DNA from: an uncultured candidatus Porisulfidus sp.
Lineage (GTDB): Bacteria; Pseudomonadota; Gammaproteobacteria; Poriferisulfidales; Poriferisulfidaceae
Direction: 5' to 3'
NCBI GenBank assembly: GCA_965116025.1
Contig: OZ220480.1
Coordinates: 1,248,001 to 1,312,000 of the forward strand
DNA: 64,000 nucleotides
The notes below the pieces were generated by a model that saw nothing but the letters and a program-made list of their open reading frames with translations, ran no database searches and was not told the DNA's origin. The position numbers and the translations under genes were made by a program. Positions 1 to 9,573 of this stretch are shown in pieces (the stretch's first letter is position 1; each line of letters opens with the position of its first letter).

Positions 1-52
1 GGCGCTCGGCGTCGTTCTGGCGTACCGCCGGACGTGGAGGGGACGGGCGTGA
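1..52 (+). CDS. lptF: 3' end of upstream gene, probably LPS export permease LptF (partial)
   Basis: Frame ALGVVLAYRRTWRGRA* ends at TGA 50-52, overlapping the GTG start of lptG; lptF-lptG synteny. Confidence 0.55.
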   Translation, partial: ALGVVLAYRRTWRGRA

Positions 53-1155
53 GCGTTTTCGCCCGCTACCTGATCCGTCGCGTGCTGACCGGAATCGCTT
101 TGGTCGCTCTGGTGGCGGTGGCGATCCTCACCTTGGTGGATTTCATCGACGAGGTCCGTCGGGTGCGGCCGGGAGGCTATTCCTTCGTGGACGCGTTGCG
201 CGTGATCGCGCTGACCACGCCGCAACGCGCCTATGAGGCGTTGCCGGTCTCGGTGTTCATCGGTAGCCTGCTGAGTCTCGGGCAGCTGGTCGCGGACAAC
301 GAGATGACGGCGCTGCGAGCGGCCGGGATCGGGATCTGGTGGCTGTCCGGGCGATTGCTCGGGGTGGGGCTGGTCTTGGCGCTGGCGACCATTTTCGTGG
401 GCGAGAAAATCGCGCCGCGAGGGATGGAGCTGGCGTCGGATATCCGCCGCGCGCCGCCGGAGGGGGCATCGGGCGGAGAGGTCCGGGGCCTGTGGATCCG
501 CAAGGGCGACCACTACATCCATCTGCTGCGCGGCGCCCGTCGCGACCACCTGCTCGACGTGCTGGCGTATCGGCTGGACGCGAATGGGGCTCTGGAGCGT
601 GGCCTGCATGCGAAAAGCGCGCAGTTCACGGACCGGGGCTGGCTTCTCCGCGACGTGCGGGAGAGCGTGATTCATCCAGATGGCGGCATCACGAGCGAGC
701 GTCACGCCGAGCGAATCGACGCGATCCTGCCGGACGCCAGCGTGCTTGACGCGATGCTGGTTCCCGCCGAGGAAATGCCGATGGTGCGCCTGGATCGCTA
801 TCTGCGCTATTTCGACGGCGGAGAGACCGATCTGCAGGCCTACCGCTTCGCCTGGTGGCAACGTCTCTCCACGCCGCTCTCCTGCATGGTGGTTTTGCTG
901 CTGACGATCTCGTTCACGTTCACCCAACCGCGCGGCGGGGGGCTTGGCCAGCGCGTTTTCATCGGCGTGGTCAGCGGCATCGGCATCTATCTGTTCAATC
1001 GCGTGGGCGGGCATTTCGGGATGCTGGCCGGCCTGCCTCCCGGGTTGGCCGCGTTCCTGCCGCTGATCCTTCTCTCTCTGCTCGGTTTGGGGGTCCTGGT
1101 GGCGGGGCAGACGAGGGCGCGCCGGATTATCGGCGGCAAACTTCGGGCGCGCTGA
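49..1155 (+). CDS. lptG: LPS export ABC transporter permease LptG
   Basis: YjgP/YjgQ layout: RYL N-terminus, NEMTALRAAG motif, periplasmic domain, C-terminal TM helices; GTG start at 49 in a GTGA overlap. Confidence 0.9.
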   Translation: MSVFARYLIRRVLTGIALVALVAVAILTLVDFIDEVRRVRPGGYSFVDALRVIALTTPQRAYEALPVSVFIGSLLSLGQLVADNEMTALRAAGIGIWWLSGRLLGVGLVLALATIFVGEKIAPRGMELASDIRRAPPEGASGGEVRGLWIRKGDHYIHLLRGARRDHLLDVLAYRLDANGALERGLHAKSAQFTDRGWLLRDVRESVIHPDGGITSERHAERIDAILPDASVLDAMLVPAEEMPMVRLDRYLRYFDGGETDLQAYRFAWWQRLSTPLSCMVVLLLTISFTFTQPRGGGLGQRVFIGVVSGIGIYLFNRVGGHFGMLAGLPPGLAAFLPLILLSLLGLGVLVAGQTRARRIIGGKLRAR

Positions 1156-1167
1156 TTCGCTTCCCGG

Positions 1168-1620
1168 TCACCCTGCCGGCACCAGGCGGGTGGCGCTCCA
1201 ATGGTCGTGCCAGCACAGCCGGCCGGGATCGAGCAGTCCCCACAGAAAACCCAGGCCAAGGCAAGCCCAAGATAGCGCCGAGCCGACTCCTCGGACGAGC
1301 GCGGCGCGCCAGCCGATTCTCCGTCCGTCCCGCGTCTCGACGCGCACCCGCCACGCGCGCATGCCCAGCGTCGCTCCGCGCCCGCGCCAGGAAAGCACGA
1401 AATAGGCCAGCCCGACGGCCAGCAAATACGCTTGATACGCTAGATGCTCCGGGGAGCCGGACGTGGATAGATCCAGCGTCGCGAAGGGGAGGCTGGCGGC
1501 CCACCAGATGGCGATCAGCGCCAAGGCGTCGTAGGCGATGCAGCCGAGACGCCTTGGAAAGCCGATGGTCCTCGCGTCCGGATCGGAGGGCGAGGGTGGC
1601 GGAGAGTCTTTCTTTCTCAA
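1168..1620 (-). CDS. RDD family membrane protein
   Basis: RRLGCIAYD, TLGMRAWRV, WHDHWSAT motifs; usual convergent neighbour of lptG. Confidence 0.85.
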   Translation of the reverse strand: MRKKDSPPPSPSDPDARTIGFPRRLGCIAYDALALIAIWWAASLPFATLDLSTSGSPEHLAYQAYLLAVGLAYFVLSWRGRGATLGMRAWRVRVETRDGRRIGWRAALVRGVGSALSWACLGLGFLWGLLDPGRLCWHDHWSATRLVPAG

Positions 1621-1706
1621 TGTCGCGAGGCGGGCGGCGACCGGTCACTGGAGACGGAGACAGACTCTACCCGAAATCCCCTGTACACTAGCCCGCGGGG
1701 AATCGA

Positions 1707-1830
1707 TGCGCATGAGCACGGAAATGGAGAGGAGAGAAGCGGGCGCCTCGAGCTCGCTTGATCAGATGAGGATGTTTTCCGATGATCAGGCCGCGGCGAG
1801 TTTCCTCAAGGATCCGTGCGGGGTGCCGAG
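1707..1830 (+). pseudogene. Possible remnant of an IS1595-family transposase N-terminus
   Basis: SSLDQMRMFSDDQAAASFL resembles the SL...F.DD.AA...F start of IS1595 transposases; zinc ribbon and DDE domain absent. Confidence 0.3.
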
Positions 1831-1908
1831 CGAGGCTCCATCGGTCAGGCCAAGCAGCTTTCGCTCGATCATGGTTGGCAAGTGGAGACCGTGCGAGAGC
1901 CGGCTGCT

Positions 1909-3132
1909 ATGAGCGTCAAGAATCGCACCATCTTCACGGGCGACTGCCTCGAGATCATGCGGGGCATGGCGGACGAGTGCGTCGACTTGATCTATCTGGA
2001 TCCACCGTTCAATAGCAACGCCAACTACGCCGCTCCGATCGGAAGCGAGGCGGCGGGCGCGGAATTCAAGGATACCTGGGGGCTGTCGGATATCGACCTC
2101 GCATGGTGGGGCGAGATTGAGGAAGGCTATCCCGCGCTATACAAGTTGCTCGCCGCCGCGCGCGAGACGCATTCCAAATCCATGATGGCGTACTTGATTT
2201 ACATGGCTGTGCGGGTCATTGAAATGAAACGGTTGCTGAAAGTCACTGGAAGCATCTATCTGCATTGCGACCAAACGGCCGGACATTACCTGAAACTCAT
2301 GTTAGACGCGATTTTCGGGAAGGCCAATTTCAGGAACGAGATCGTCTGGTGGTATCGCAGGTGGCCAGCGAAGCAAAAGAATTTCCAACGAATGCATGAC
2401 ACGATTTTTCGCTACTCGAATACAGGCGAGTGGGTTTGGAATCAGTTGTACGACGATCTCTCCGAATCGAGTCGGAAGATGTGGAAAGGAAAAGCGCGGG
2501 TTGATGTCACCAATGCGGAAGGGCGTAGGCATAGCGTAACCGGCGAGCAAGAATCTAAAGGCGTCCCAATGCGTGACGTTTGGGAGATCGCCGTTGTCCA
2601 TCCTGGTTCCAAGCAGAGCACTGGCTACCCCACGCAAAAACCCCTTGACCTGCTCCGCCGCATCGTCCAGGCGTCAAGCGACGAAGGCGACATGGTGCTG
2701 GATCCATTTTGCGGGTGCGCGACCGCTTGCGTGGCGGCGGAAGTTGAGCACCGTCAGTGGATAGGGATCGATGTCAGCGAAAAGGCTTACGAACTGGTGA
2801 AGGCGCGCTTGAAGCGCGAGGTCAATATTGGCAAGGGCGCGATGTTCGGCAAGGCGATCCACCGCACGGATATCCCGACCGACCGCGCTGGCAAGCGCTC
2901 CAAGGACATCAAGCACATGCTGTACGGACGGCAGGAAGGAGTGTGCGCAGGTTGCTTGCTATGGTTCCCGTTCCGAAACATGACGCTGGATCACAAGATC
3001 CCGCTCGCGAAGGGTGGCGCGGACACGGACGAAAACCTGCAGCTGCTCTGCGGAGCGTGCAATTCGAAGAAGGGTGGCCGCCCGATGGAAGAGCTGATCG
3101 CCGCGTTGACGGCGGAGGGAACGCGGCGGTAA
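1909..3132 (+). CDS. Beta-class N4/N6 DNA methyltransferase fused to a C-terminal HNH endonuclease
   Basis: GDCL, YLDPPF (motif IV) preceding YPTQKP and LDPFCG (motif I); C-terminal CAGC...DHKIPLAKGG..ENLQLLCGACNSKKG; likely ATG at 1909. Confidence 0.9.
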   Translation: MSVKNRTIFTGDCLEIMRGMADECVDLIYLDPPFNSNANYAAPIGSEAAGAEFKDTWGLSDIDLAWWGEIEEGYPALYKLLAAARETHSKSMMAYLIYMAVRVIEMKRLLKVTGSIYLHCDQTAGHYLKLMLDAIFGKANFRNEIVWWYRRWPAKQKNFQRMHDTIFRYSNTGEWVWNQLYDDLSESSRKMWKGKARVDVTNAEGRRHSVTGEQESKGVPMRDVWEIAVVHPGSKQSTGYPTQKPLDLLRRIVQASSDEGDMVLDPFCGCATACVAAEVEHRQWIGIDVSEKAYELVKARLKREVNIGKGAMFGKAIHRTDIPTDRAGKRSKDIKHMLYGRQEGVCAGCLLWFPFRNMTLDHKIPLAKGGADTDENLQLLCGACNSKKGGRPMEELIAALTAEGTRR

Positions 3133-3222
3133 TTCCTCCTCCGGGCTCCTCGTCCTCTCCTTGGAAGAGTCTCGCGCCGTCGCGGAGTTCCCGATTCGGT
3201 CCTCTGGGGTATACTTGCCCGA

Positions 3223-4119
3223 ATGATGTCCGATGCCGACGCGATCGACGCGTTTCTCGACAGCAGTTGGGCGGAGCAGGGGCTTGCCCACGCCACGATG
3301 AAGGCGTATCGCTCTGATCTTTCAGGGTTTTCTAGTTGGTTGCGCGATCAGGGCGGGGACCTGCGCGGCGCGGGCGGCGACGATATCCAGATGTACTTGG
3401 CCGCCCGGCTCCAGAAAGGCGCGCGCGCCACCAGCGTGGCCCGAGTCCTCTCGGCGATCCGGCTGTTCTATCGCTACGCGAAGCGACATGCCTTGCGCGC
3501 CGACGATCCATGCGCTCGGGTCATCGCCCCGAAGCCGTCCCAATATCTTCCGGCCGTGTTGAGCGAGCAGGAAATCGAGACCTTGCTGGCCGCGCCGGAC
3601 GTGGGCGAGCCCAGGGGCTTGCGAGACCGCGCCATGCTCGAGCTGCTCTACGCTTGCGGGCTCCGGGTCAGCGAGCTCGTCTCTCTCAAGCGGGGCCAGA
3701 TCAACATGGAGAGCGGGGTTCTGCGACTGGTGGGGAAGGGCGGAAAGGAAAGGCTGGCGCCATTCGGCGAATGCGCGTCCGACTGGCTGGCCCGCTATCT
3801 CCGGGACTCCCGGCCCCGACTGCTGAAGGGGCGCTCGCGAACGGAAGATTTCTTCGTCACTCGGCAGGGTCGGGCGATGAGCCGCCAGGCGTTCTGGCAG
3901 ACGCTTCGCCGGATGGCCCGAAAGTCTGGAATTGGCAAGCCCTTGACCCCGCACACGTTGCGGCATACGTTCGCGACGCACCTTCTGAACAATGGCGCGG
4001 ACCTGCGGTCCGTGCAGATGCTGCTGGGCCACAGCGACCTGGCCACGACCCAGATCTACACCCATGTCGCGCAGGACAGGCTCAAGCGCATGCATCGCGT
4101 CCATCATCCTCGTGGCTAG
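3223..4119 (+). CDS. xerD: Tyrosine recombinase XerD
   Basis: RDRAMLELLYACGLRVSEL, HTLRH, LGHSDLATTQIYTHV, HHPRG end; followed by dsbC. Confidence 0.95.
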   Translation: MMSDADAIDAFLDSSWAEQGLAHATMKAYRSDLSGFSSWLRDQGGDLRGAGGDDIQMYLAARLQKGARATSVARVLSAIRLFYRYAKRHALRADDPCARVIAPKPSQYLPAVLSEQEIETLLAAPDVGEPRGLRDRAMLELLYACGLRVSELVSLKRGQINMESGVLRLVGKGGKERLAPFGECASDWLARYLRDSRPRLLKGRSRTEDFFVTRQGRAMSRQAFWQTLRRMARKSGIGKPLTPHTLRHTFATHLLNNGADLRSVQMLLGHSDLATTQIYTHVAQDRLKRMHRVHHPRG

Positions 4120-4822
4120 GCTCGTTCTTCTGCTTGGCGCATGCCTGCTCGCGGTCGCGGCTTCCGCCGAAATGAGCGAGACGCAGCTTCGCGAGCGATT
4201 GCGGGAGTTGAACCCGGACCTTGCTCCCGACCGGATTCGTCCCGCCCCGGTGGCGGGTTTGCGCGAGGTTCTGTACGGGGGCCACGTCCTCTATATCACG
4301 ACCGACGGCAAGCATCTGTTCTCGGGCGGCGAGCTGATTGATCTGGACCGACGGATCAGCCTGACCGAGGTCTCCCGGTCCGCGGCCCGAGCGGAGCTGC
4401 TGGAAGCCTACGGCGCGGACAAGATGCTGGTCTTTCCAGCGACCGCTCCGCCGCGCCACGCCATCGTCGTGGTGACGGACATCGACTGTCCGTACTGCCA
4501 GAAATTCCATGAGCACATGAGGGAGCTCAACGCCGCGGGCGTGGAGGTCCGATATCTTCTGTATCCGCGGGCGGGCGTGGAGAGCGGCAGTTACGAGAAA
4601 TCCGTCAGCGTATGGTGCGCTTTGGACCGCCGGGACGCGTTGACCCGCGCCAAGCTCCAGGAGCCGATTCCGCCGAGGGCTTGCGCCAACCCGGTCGTCG
4701 AGCACATGGATCTGGTGGACAAGATCGGCGTCAGCTCGACGCCTTCCATATTTCTGCCGGATGGCGCGCTGGTTCGAGGCTACCGCCCGCCGGCGGAGCT
4801 TCTGGCGCTGTTGCTCGACTGA
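4112..4822 (+). CDS. dsbC: Thiol:disulfide isomerase DsbC
   Basis: Signal peptide from GTG 4112, TDIDCPYC active site, STP cis-Pro loop; xerD-dsbC synteny. Confidence 0.9.
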   Translation: MARLVLLLGACLLAVAASAEMSETQLRERLRELNPDLAPDRIRPAPVAGLREVLYGGHVLYITTDGKHLFSGGELIDLDRRISLTEVSRSAARAELLEAYGADKMLVFPATAPPRHAIVVVTDIDCPYCQKFHEHMRELNAAGVEVRYLLYPRAGVESGSYEKSVSVWCALDRRDALTRAKLQEPIPPRACANPVVEHMDLVDKIGVSSTPSIFLPDGALVRGYRPPAELLALLLD

Positions 4823-4832
4823 TCCTTGGCGG

Positions 4833-7800
4833 TCAGGCGGACATCTCGCGCAACTGGCGCGCGCGCGTGAACAGCAGGGAGCAGCGAGTCGAGCGGTCCG
4901 GATAGACGAGGCGGATGAAGCGGGCGTACTCGCTCATCTGCGTGGCGTAGCGTTCAGCGATCTCGTTGAGCCGCTTCGGGTCTTCCGTGGCGTGCGACTT
5001 GAAATCGATAATCCATGCTTGGTCCGGCGAGATCAGCAGCCGGTCGATGACGCCATAGCCCTCGCCCGCCTCGGTGTCGCAAAGCACCGGAACTTCCGTG
5101 TAGACGCGGGTTCGCCCGTCGGGTCGGAAAATCGAGTCGAGCGTCGGGTCGCCGACCAGTCGGCGGGCCTCGTCCAGGCAGCCTTGGATCTCGGGATCTT
5201 CTGGCGGGCGACCAAGCCCGCGCGCCAGATTCTCGATCCGGTCTGGACCAGGCTCCCCGGTTTCCAGCGTCTCGATCAGGGCATGAATGAGGACGCCGCG
5301 CTTCAGCGCGCCCGGTCGCGCGTTCCCACTCTCTTGGTCCTCCGGGCGTTCTGACGTACGGGTCGCGCTCGGTGGCATGGTCCCGGCGTCCGGGAGCTTC
5401 AGGGGCTCGTCTAATCCGGCGTGGTTGGGCTCGGGCGTGGCCGGGGGGGTGACGGGGTCGGCGGCCCGCGGCGCCGGCCCTAGCGCCAGACCATCGGTAT
5501 CATCGTCCCCGATGAAGAGACCGAGCGTCGTCTCCCGCAGTTCCTGGTGGAGCTCCTCGTGCTGGCAGAGAATCAGCATCTGCCGAGCGCGGGTGAACGC
5601 GACGTAGGCGCGGTTGATCTCCTCCTCTTTCCTTTTTCGGCGCGCTTCTTCCAGACATTCCCGCGAATGGGAATCCATGTCCTCCTTGCGGGGACGGAAC
5701 AGAAAGCGGCGTGGGCGATCTTGGTCGGCGGGCCAGTCGATCAGGAGCTCGCCAAGCCGGCCTTGCTCCCGGGGCTTGTCGAGGTCCACGTACACGACGA
5801 TCGGCGCTTCCAGCCCCTTGGCCGCGTGCACGGTCAGGATCTGGACGCGATCATCCTGATCGCTCGACTTGAGGCTGACGAGGTCGGGCGCGTCGTAGCC
5901 CTCGATGTGGCCGCGGCGCATCTCCTCGATGAAGTGGACGAAGGCCGCTGTGCTCGGGTAGCGCCCGCTGTCGAACTCCAAAGTCAACTCTATGAAGCGG
6001 GTCAGGTTGCTGACCGCCCGCTCGCCGCGCTCGCCCGGCCAGGCGCCTTGGTAGCGGCGCAAGGCATCCGTCTCGAAGTACACGCGATCCAGCAGGTCAT
6101 GGGTGGGAATGCGCCCGACCAGGGCGCGCCACTCCTGAAAACTTTCCGCCGCGCGGCGCAACGGATGCTCGGGATCTTTCCGCGCGGCCAGGGCCTCCAG
6201 TCGGTCGCGCCAGAGTCCCGAGTCCGTTCTCGTCTCCGCCAGCTCCATCAGCTCCTCGTCCGTCACGCCGTACAGGGGAGAGCGCAGGACCTGCGCCAAA
6301 CTCAGGTCGTCGGCCGGGCGGACCAGGAACTGCAGCAGGGCCTGCATGTCCCGCACCTCCAGATGCTGGAGCAGGGTCTGCCGGGATTGCCGCGCGAAGG
6401 GGATCTCGCGCCGGGCCAGGGCATGCTCGATCTGCGGGACATGGGTGCGACGGTCCACCAGTATCATGCAGTCGCGGAACTGGGCGGCTCGGGGACCCGC
6501 GCCCGGATCCTCGATTCTGGTTCGCTCCTCCACGATTCTCTGGATTCGCTCGGCGATCCGGTCGGCCGTCCGCTCCAGATGGGTGGACTGGGCGCCCGGG
6601 CGTGGCTGGGTCAGGGGGTCGCGCAACGGCTCGCTCGGGTCGGGGGGAACTGGTCGGGCCCGCGGCTTCTTCTCGACCGGCGGCAGCAGCTCGACCCGTC
6701 CCCAGAGATCCTTCTGGAGCGCGTCGTGCGTCGTGAAGCCCGGCAGGGGAAAGACGCCGCCCGCCTGAAACGTGGCGTTGACGAAGTCGATGAGGACGGG
6801 GGCGGAGCGGCGGGACGAGTCCATGGAAATGGGGCCGCCCGCCCGGAGGCGGGACTGGAGGTACGCGCTGGCCTCTTTCTGGATCTCCGGGTTGGCGCGG
6901 CGCCATTGGTAGATGGACTGCTTGGTATCGCCGACGATGAAGGCGGAGCCGTCGCCGGTCTCCTCCAGCGCGTCCAGAAAAACCCGAAGCGTCTGCCAGG
7001 AAAGGGAGTCGGTGTCCTGAAACTCGTCGACCAGGACGTGCCGAAAGCTCTGCCCGAGCTTGTACCGCACCCATTCGACTCCGCCATCCATCAGGCGGTT
7101 CGAGAACCATAGCAGGTCGTCGAAGTCCAGATAGCCCTGGTCCCGCTTGAGGCGCTGGTAGTGGTCGGCCAGCCGCCCGACGAGAGCGTACCAGTGTCCA
7201 TTGATCTCGCGGGACTTCCGGCGCAGCAGCCGGTCCAGGGCGGCGTGGATTTGGGGAGGTATTATGGAGAGAAGCTCCATGAGCTCGTCGATATCTTGGC
7301 CAAGACGTTGCTGGACCTTCTCGGCGGTTGGCCAAAGCGACGAGCGAAGCTCGCCCTCGCCCGGGTCGTGCAGCGCGTCGCTTAGCTGGCGGACCCGCTC
7401 CAGGCTCTCCGGCCCCTCGCGTTCCAGGGCGGCGACCAGTTTAGCGGCGGCCTTGGCTTGGTGGGAGCGGTTAGTCTTCCCGCTTTTTTCGAGAAGGCTC
7501 GCGAGCCGCCGGATGTCCGTCTCCAGATCGGCGATTCGGACTGGCGGCTCCTCGTCCGGGCCGAAGACGTCGTCGCGCAGATGCGCGCGGAGCTGGGCCA
7601 GACCCCGCTCGCCCGCGAAGGCGCGCCATTCCAGGATATGCTCCCGAAACTCCTCCAGGGCGCGTCGCAGCTCCGACAGGCTCGGGTATTCCGCGATGAT
7701 GGCGTTCATGGATGCCGCCAGCTCGCCATCGGGGTCGCGGCGGGCCTCCTCGAACAGAAGGTCCTCGGCCGCCTGATGCAGGCGGGCGGACTGCTCTCTT

Positions 7801-8219
7801 TGCGGGATCGAGAATCCGGCCGGGGCGCCCGCCTCGAGGGGGAAGCGCCGCAACAGCTCCTGGAAGAAGGAGTGGAAGGTCGCGACGCGGACGCCCGGGT
7901 CGGAGAACTGCGCGGTCTCGAACAAGGCGCGAGCGCGGGCTAGATTCTCTTCCGGGGAGGCGACGCCGATTCTCGCCAGCTCTTCCGCCAGCGCGCCGTC
8001 GTCCAAGGACAGCCACTTCTCCAGTCGCTCGACCAGACGCTGCTGGATTTCGGTCGCTGCCTTGCGGGTGAAGGTGATGGCCAGGATGGAATCGGGCTCG
8101 GCGCCGCCCAGTAGCAGGCGCAACAGACGGGCCACCAGCAACCAGGTCTTCCCGGTTCCGGCCGAGGCGAAGACGGCGACGCTTCTCGCCGGGTCAGCGG
8201 GGGCCAGCGGGTCGGTCAT
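4833..8219 (-). CDS. addA: UvrD-type helicase-nuclease AddA (RecB-like)
   Basis: ASAGTGKT, VDEFQDT, GDTKQSIYQWR, TVHAAKGLE, YVAFTRA, C-terminal GVIDRL...IIDFKS nuclease. Confidence 0.85.
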   Translation of the reverse strand: MTDPLAPADPARSVAVFASAGTGKTWLLVARLLRLLLGGAEPDSILAITFTRKAATEIQQRLVERLEKWLSLDDGALAEELARIGVASPEENLARARALFETAQFSDPGVRVATFHSFFQELLRRFPLEAGAPAGFSIPQREQSARLHQAAEDLLFEEARRDPDGELAASMNAIIAEYPSLSELRRALEEFREHILEWRAFAGERGLAQLRAHLRDDVFGPDEEPPVRIADLETDIRRLASLLEKSGKTNRSHQAKAAAKLVAALEREGPESLERVRQLSDALHDPGEGELRSSLWPTAEKVQQRLGQDIDELMELLSIIPPQIHAALDRLLRRKSREINGHWYALVGRLADHYQRLKRDQGYLDFDDLLWFSNRLMDGGVEWVRYKLGQSFRHVLVDEFQDTDSLSWQTLRVFLDALEETGDGSAFIVGDTKQSIYQWRRANPEIQKEASAYLQSRLRAGGPISMDSSRRSAPVLIDFVNATFQAGGVFPLPGFTTHDALQKDLWGRVELLPPVEKKPRARPVPPDPSEPLRDPLTQPRPGAQSTHLERTADRIAERIQRIVEERTRIEDPGAGPRAAQFRDCMILVDRRTHVPQIEHALARREIPFARQSRQTLLQHLEVRDMQALLQFLVRPADDLSLAQVLRSPLYGVTDEELMELAETRTDSGLWRDRLEALAARKDPEHPLRRAAESFQEWRALVGRIPTHDLLDRVYFETDALRRYQGAWPGERGERAVSNLTRFIELTLEFDSGRYPSTAAFVHFIEEMRRGHIEGYDAPDLVSLKSSDQDDRVQILTVHAAKGLEAPIVVYVDLDKPREQGRLGELLIDWPADQDRPRRFLFRPRKEDMDSHSRECLEEARRKRKEEEINRAYVAFTRARQMLILCQHEELHQELRETTLGLFIGDDDTDGLALGPAPRAADPVTPPATPEPNHAGLDEPLKLPDAGTMPPSATRTSERPEDQESGNARPGALKRGVLIHALIETLETGEPGPDRIENLARGLGRPPEDPEIQGCLDEARRLVGDPTLDSIFRPDGRTRVYTEVPVLCDTEAGEGYGVIDRLLISPDQAWIIDFKSHATEDPKRLNEIAERYATQMSEYARFIRLVYPDRSTRCSLLFTRARQLREMSA

Positions 8220-8251
8220 GCGGCGCGGGCGAGGCCCGGGGTCGGTCGGGA

Positions 8252-8337
8252 TGGTGCCGATGGCCGGACTCGAACCGGCACGGCTTTCGCCACTGCCCCC
8301 TCAAGACAGCGTGTCTACCAAATTCCACCACATCGGC
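8252..8337 (-). tRNA. tRNA-Leu(GAG)
   Basis: Reverse complement GCCGATG...TTGAGGG anticodon loop, long variable arm, GGTTCGAGTCC, ends CATCGGCACCA; lies after secG. Confidence 0.95.
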
Positions 8338-8374
8338 ATCCGTCCGCCATGACCCTGGAACGCGGCCGCCGGGA

Positions 8375-8743
8375 CTACTCGGGAATCTCCGCCGCTGGAC
8401 CCGTTTTCGTTTCCGTTTCCATGGCGGCCGGCAACTCTATCGTTTCCGTCTCGGGGAGAGCGGGCTCGATCGCTGGCTCGACGATCCTTCCCATGATGCT
8501 CTCCTCCGGCGGCATGGTCTTCACGACCCACGCCAGCGCCAGGCAGTTGGCGAAGAACAGGGCGACCACGACGGCGGTGGCCCGGCTGAGGAAGGTCGCG
8601 CTTCCGCGCGCGCCGAAGACGGAGCCGGAGGCGCCTCCGCCGAACGCGGCGCCGGTGTCGGCGCCCCGGCCGTGCTGCAACAGCACCAAGGCGATGATGC
8701 TCAGCGACAGCAGCAACGCGGTAACTACGAGAAGGGTATGCAT
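8375..8743 (-). CDS. secG: Preprotein translocase subunit SecG
   Basis: LVLLQHGRGADTGAAFGGGASGSVFGARGS motif. Confidence 0.95.
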   Translation of the reverse strand: MHTLLVVTALLLSLSIIALVLLQHGRGADTGAAFGGGASGSVFGARGSATFLSRATAVVVALFFANCLALAWVVKTMPPEESIMGRIVEPAIEPALPETETIELPAAMETETKTGPAAEIPE

Positions 8744-8747
8744 GGGT

Positions 8748-9521
8748 CTATTTTCGCACGGCCCGGCAAATGCCCAGGAATTCGTCAGCGGACAGGGACG
8801 CGCCGCCGACCAGGCCGCCGTCGATGTCCGGCATGGCGAATAGGTCGGGGGCGTTGCGCGTGTTGACGCTGCCGCCGTACAGCAAAACGGTGTCCCGCGC
8901 CGCGGACCCGATTTCCCGTTCCAGTCGCGCGCGGATGGCGGCGTGGGCCTCTTGCGCCAGGTCCGGGGTGGCGGCGACGCCGGAACCGATGGCCCAGACC
9001 GGCTCGTAGGCGATCATCACGCGCGGGAACGCTTCAGGAATCTCCCGAACCGCCTCCAGCTGCCGGTGGAGCGCGTCCAGAGTCCGGCCCGCCTCGCGCT
9101 CCTCCCAGGTCTCCCCGACGCACAGGATGGTCTGGATGTCTCCCGGGGCGTCCGCCAGCGCTGGCGGATTCAGGAGCGCGAGCTTCCGCTGGATCATCTC
9201 GTCGGACTCGCCGTACGCGTGACGGCGCTCGGAATGTCCGATGAGGACGTGCGAGCACCCGAGATCGGCCAGCATGGCGGCGGACACCTCGCCGGTGCAG
9301 GCGCCGTCGGGCTGGTCGCAGACGTTTTGGGCCCCGACCCCCACCGCTCCTCCCTTGGTTCGCTCAAGAACGTCGGGCAGGTGGACGAATGGGGGAAAGA
9401 TCAGGATCTTCCGGTCGACGAGGTCTTCGGCTCCGCGCGCGACGGCGTGGGCTAGAGCCCGAGCGGAATCTCGCGTGCCGTGCATCTTCCAGTTGCCGGC
9501 GATGACGGTTGGGCGGGTCAT
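8748..9521 (-). CDS. tpiA: Triosephosphate isomerase
   Basis: AGNWKM, GHSERR, AYEPVWAIG, YGGSV, GGLVGGASL; start ATG 9521. Confidence 0.97.
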   Translation of the reverse strand: MTRPTVIAGNWKMHGTRDSARALAHAVARGAEDLVDRKILIFPPFVHLPDVLERTKGGAVGVGAQNVCDQPDGACTGEVSAAMLADLGCSHVLIGHSERRHAYGESDEMIQRKLALLNPPALADAPGDIQTILCVGETWEEREAGRTLDALHRQLEAVREIPEAFPRVMIAYEPVWAIGSGVAATPDLAQEAHAAIRARLEREIGSAARDTVLLYGGSVNTRNAPDLFAMPDIDGGLVGGASLSADEFLGICRAVRK

Positions 9522-9573
9522 GAGGGAGGCCTGGCGAGACGCGGTGAGGACGCGGCGCGCATTATACGGGGCG

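Noticed and set aside
3223-4119. Tyrosine recombinase as integrase for the neighbouring MTase-HNH
   Set aside because: Motifs and linkage to dsbC identify chromosomal XerD.
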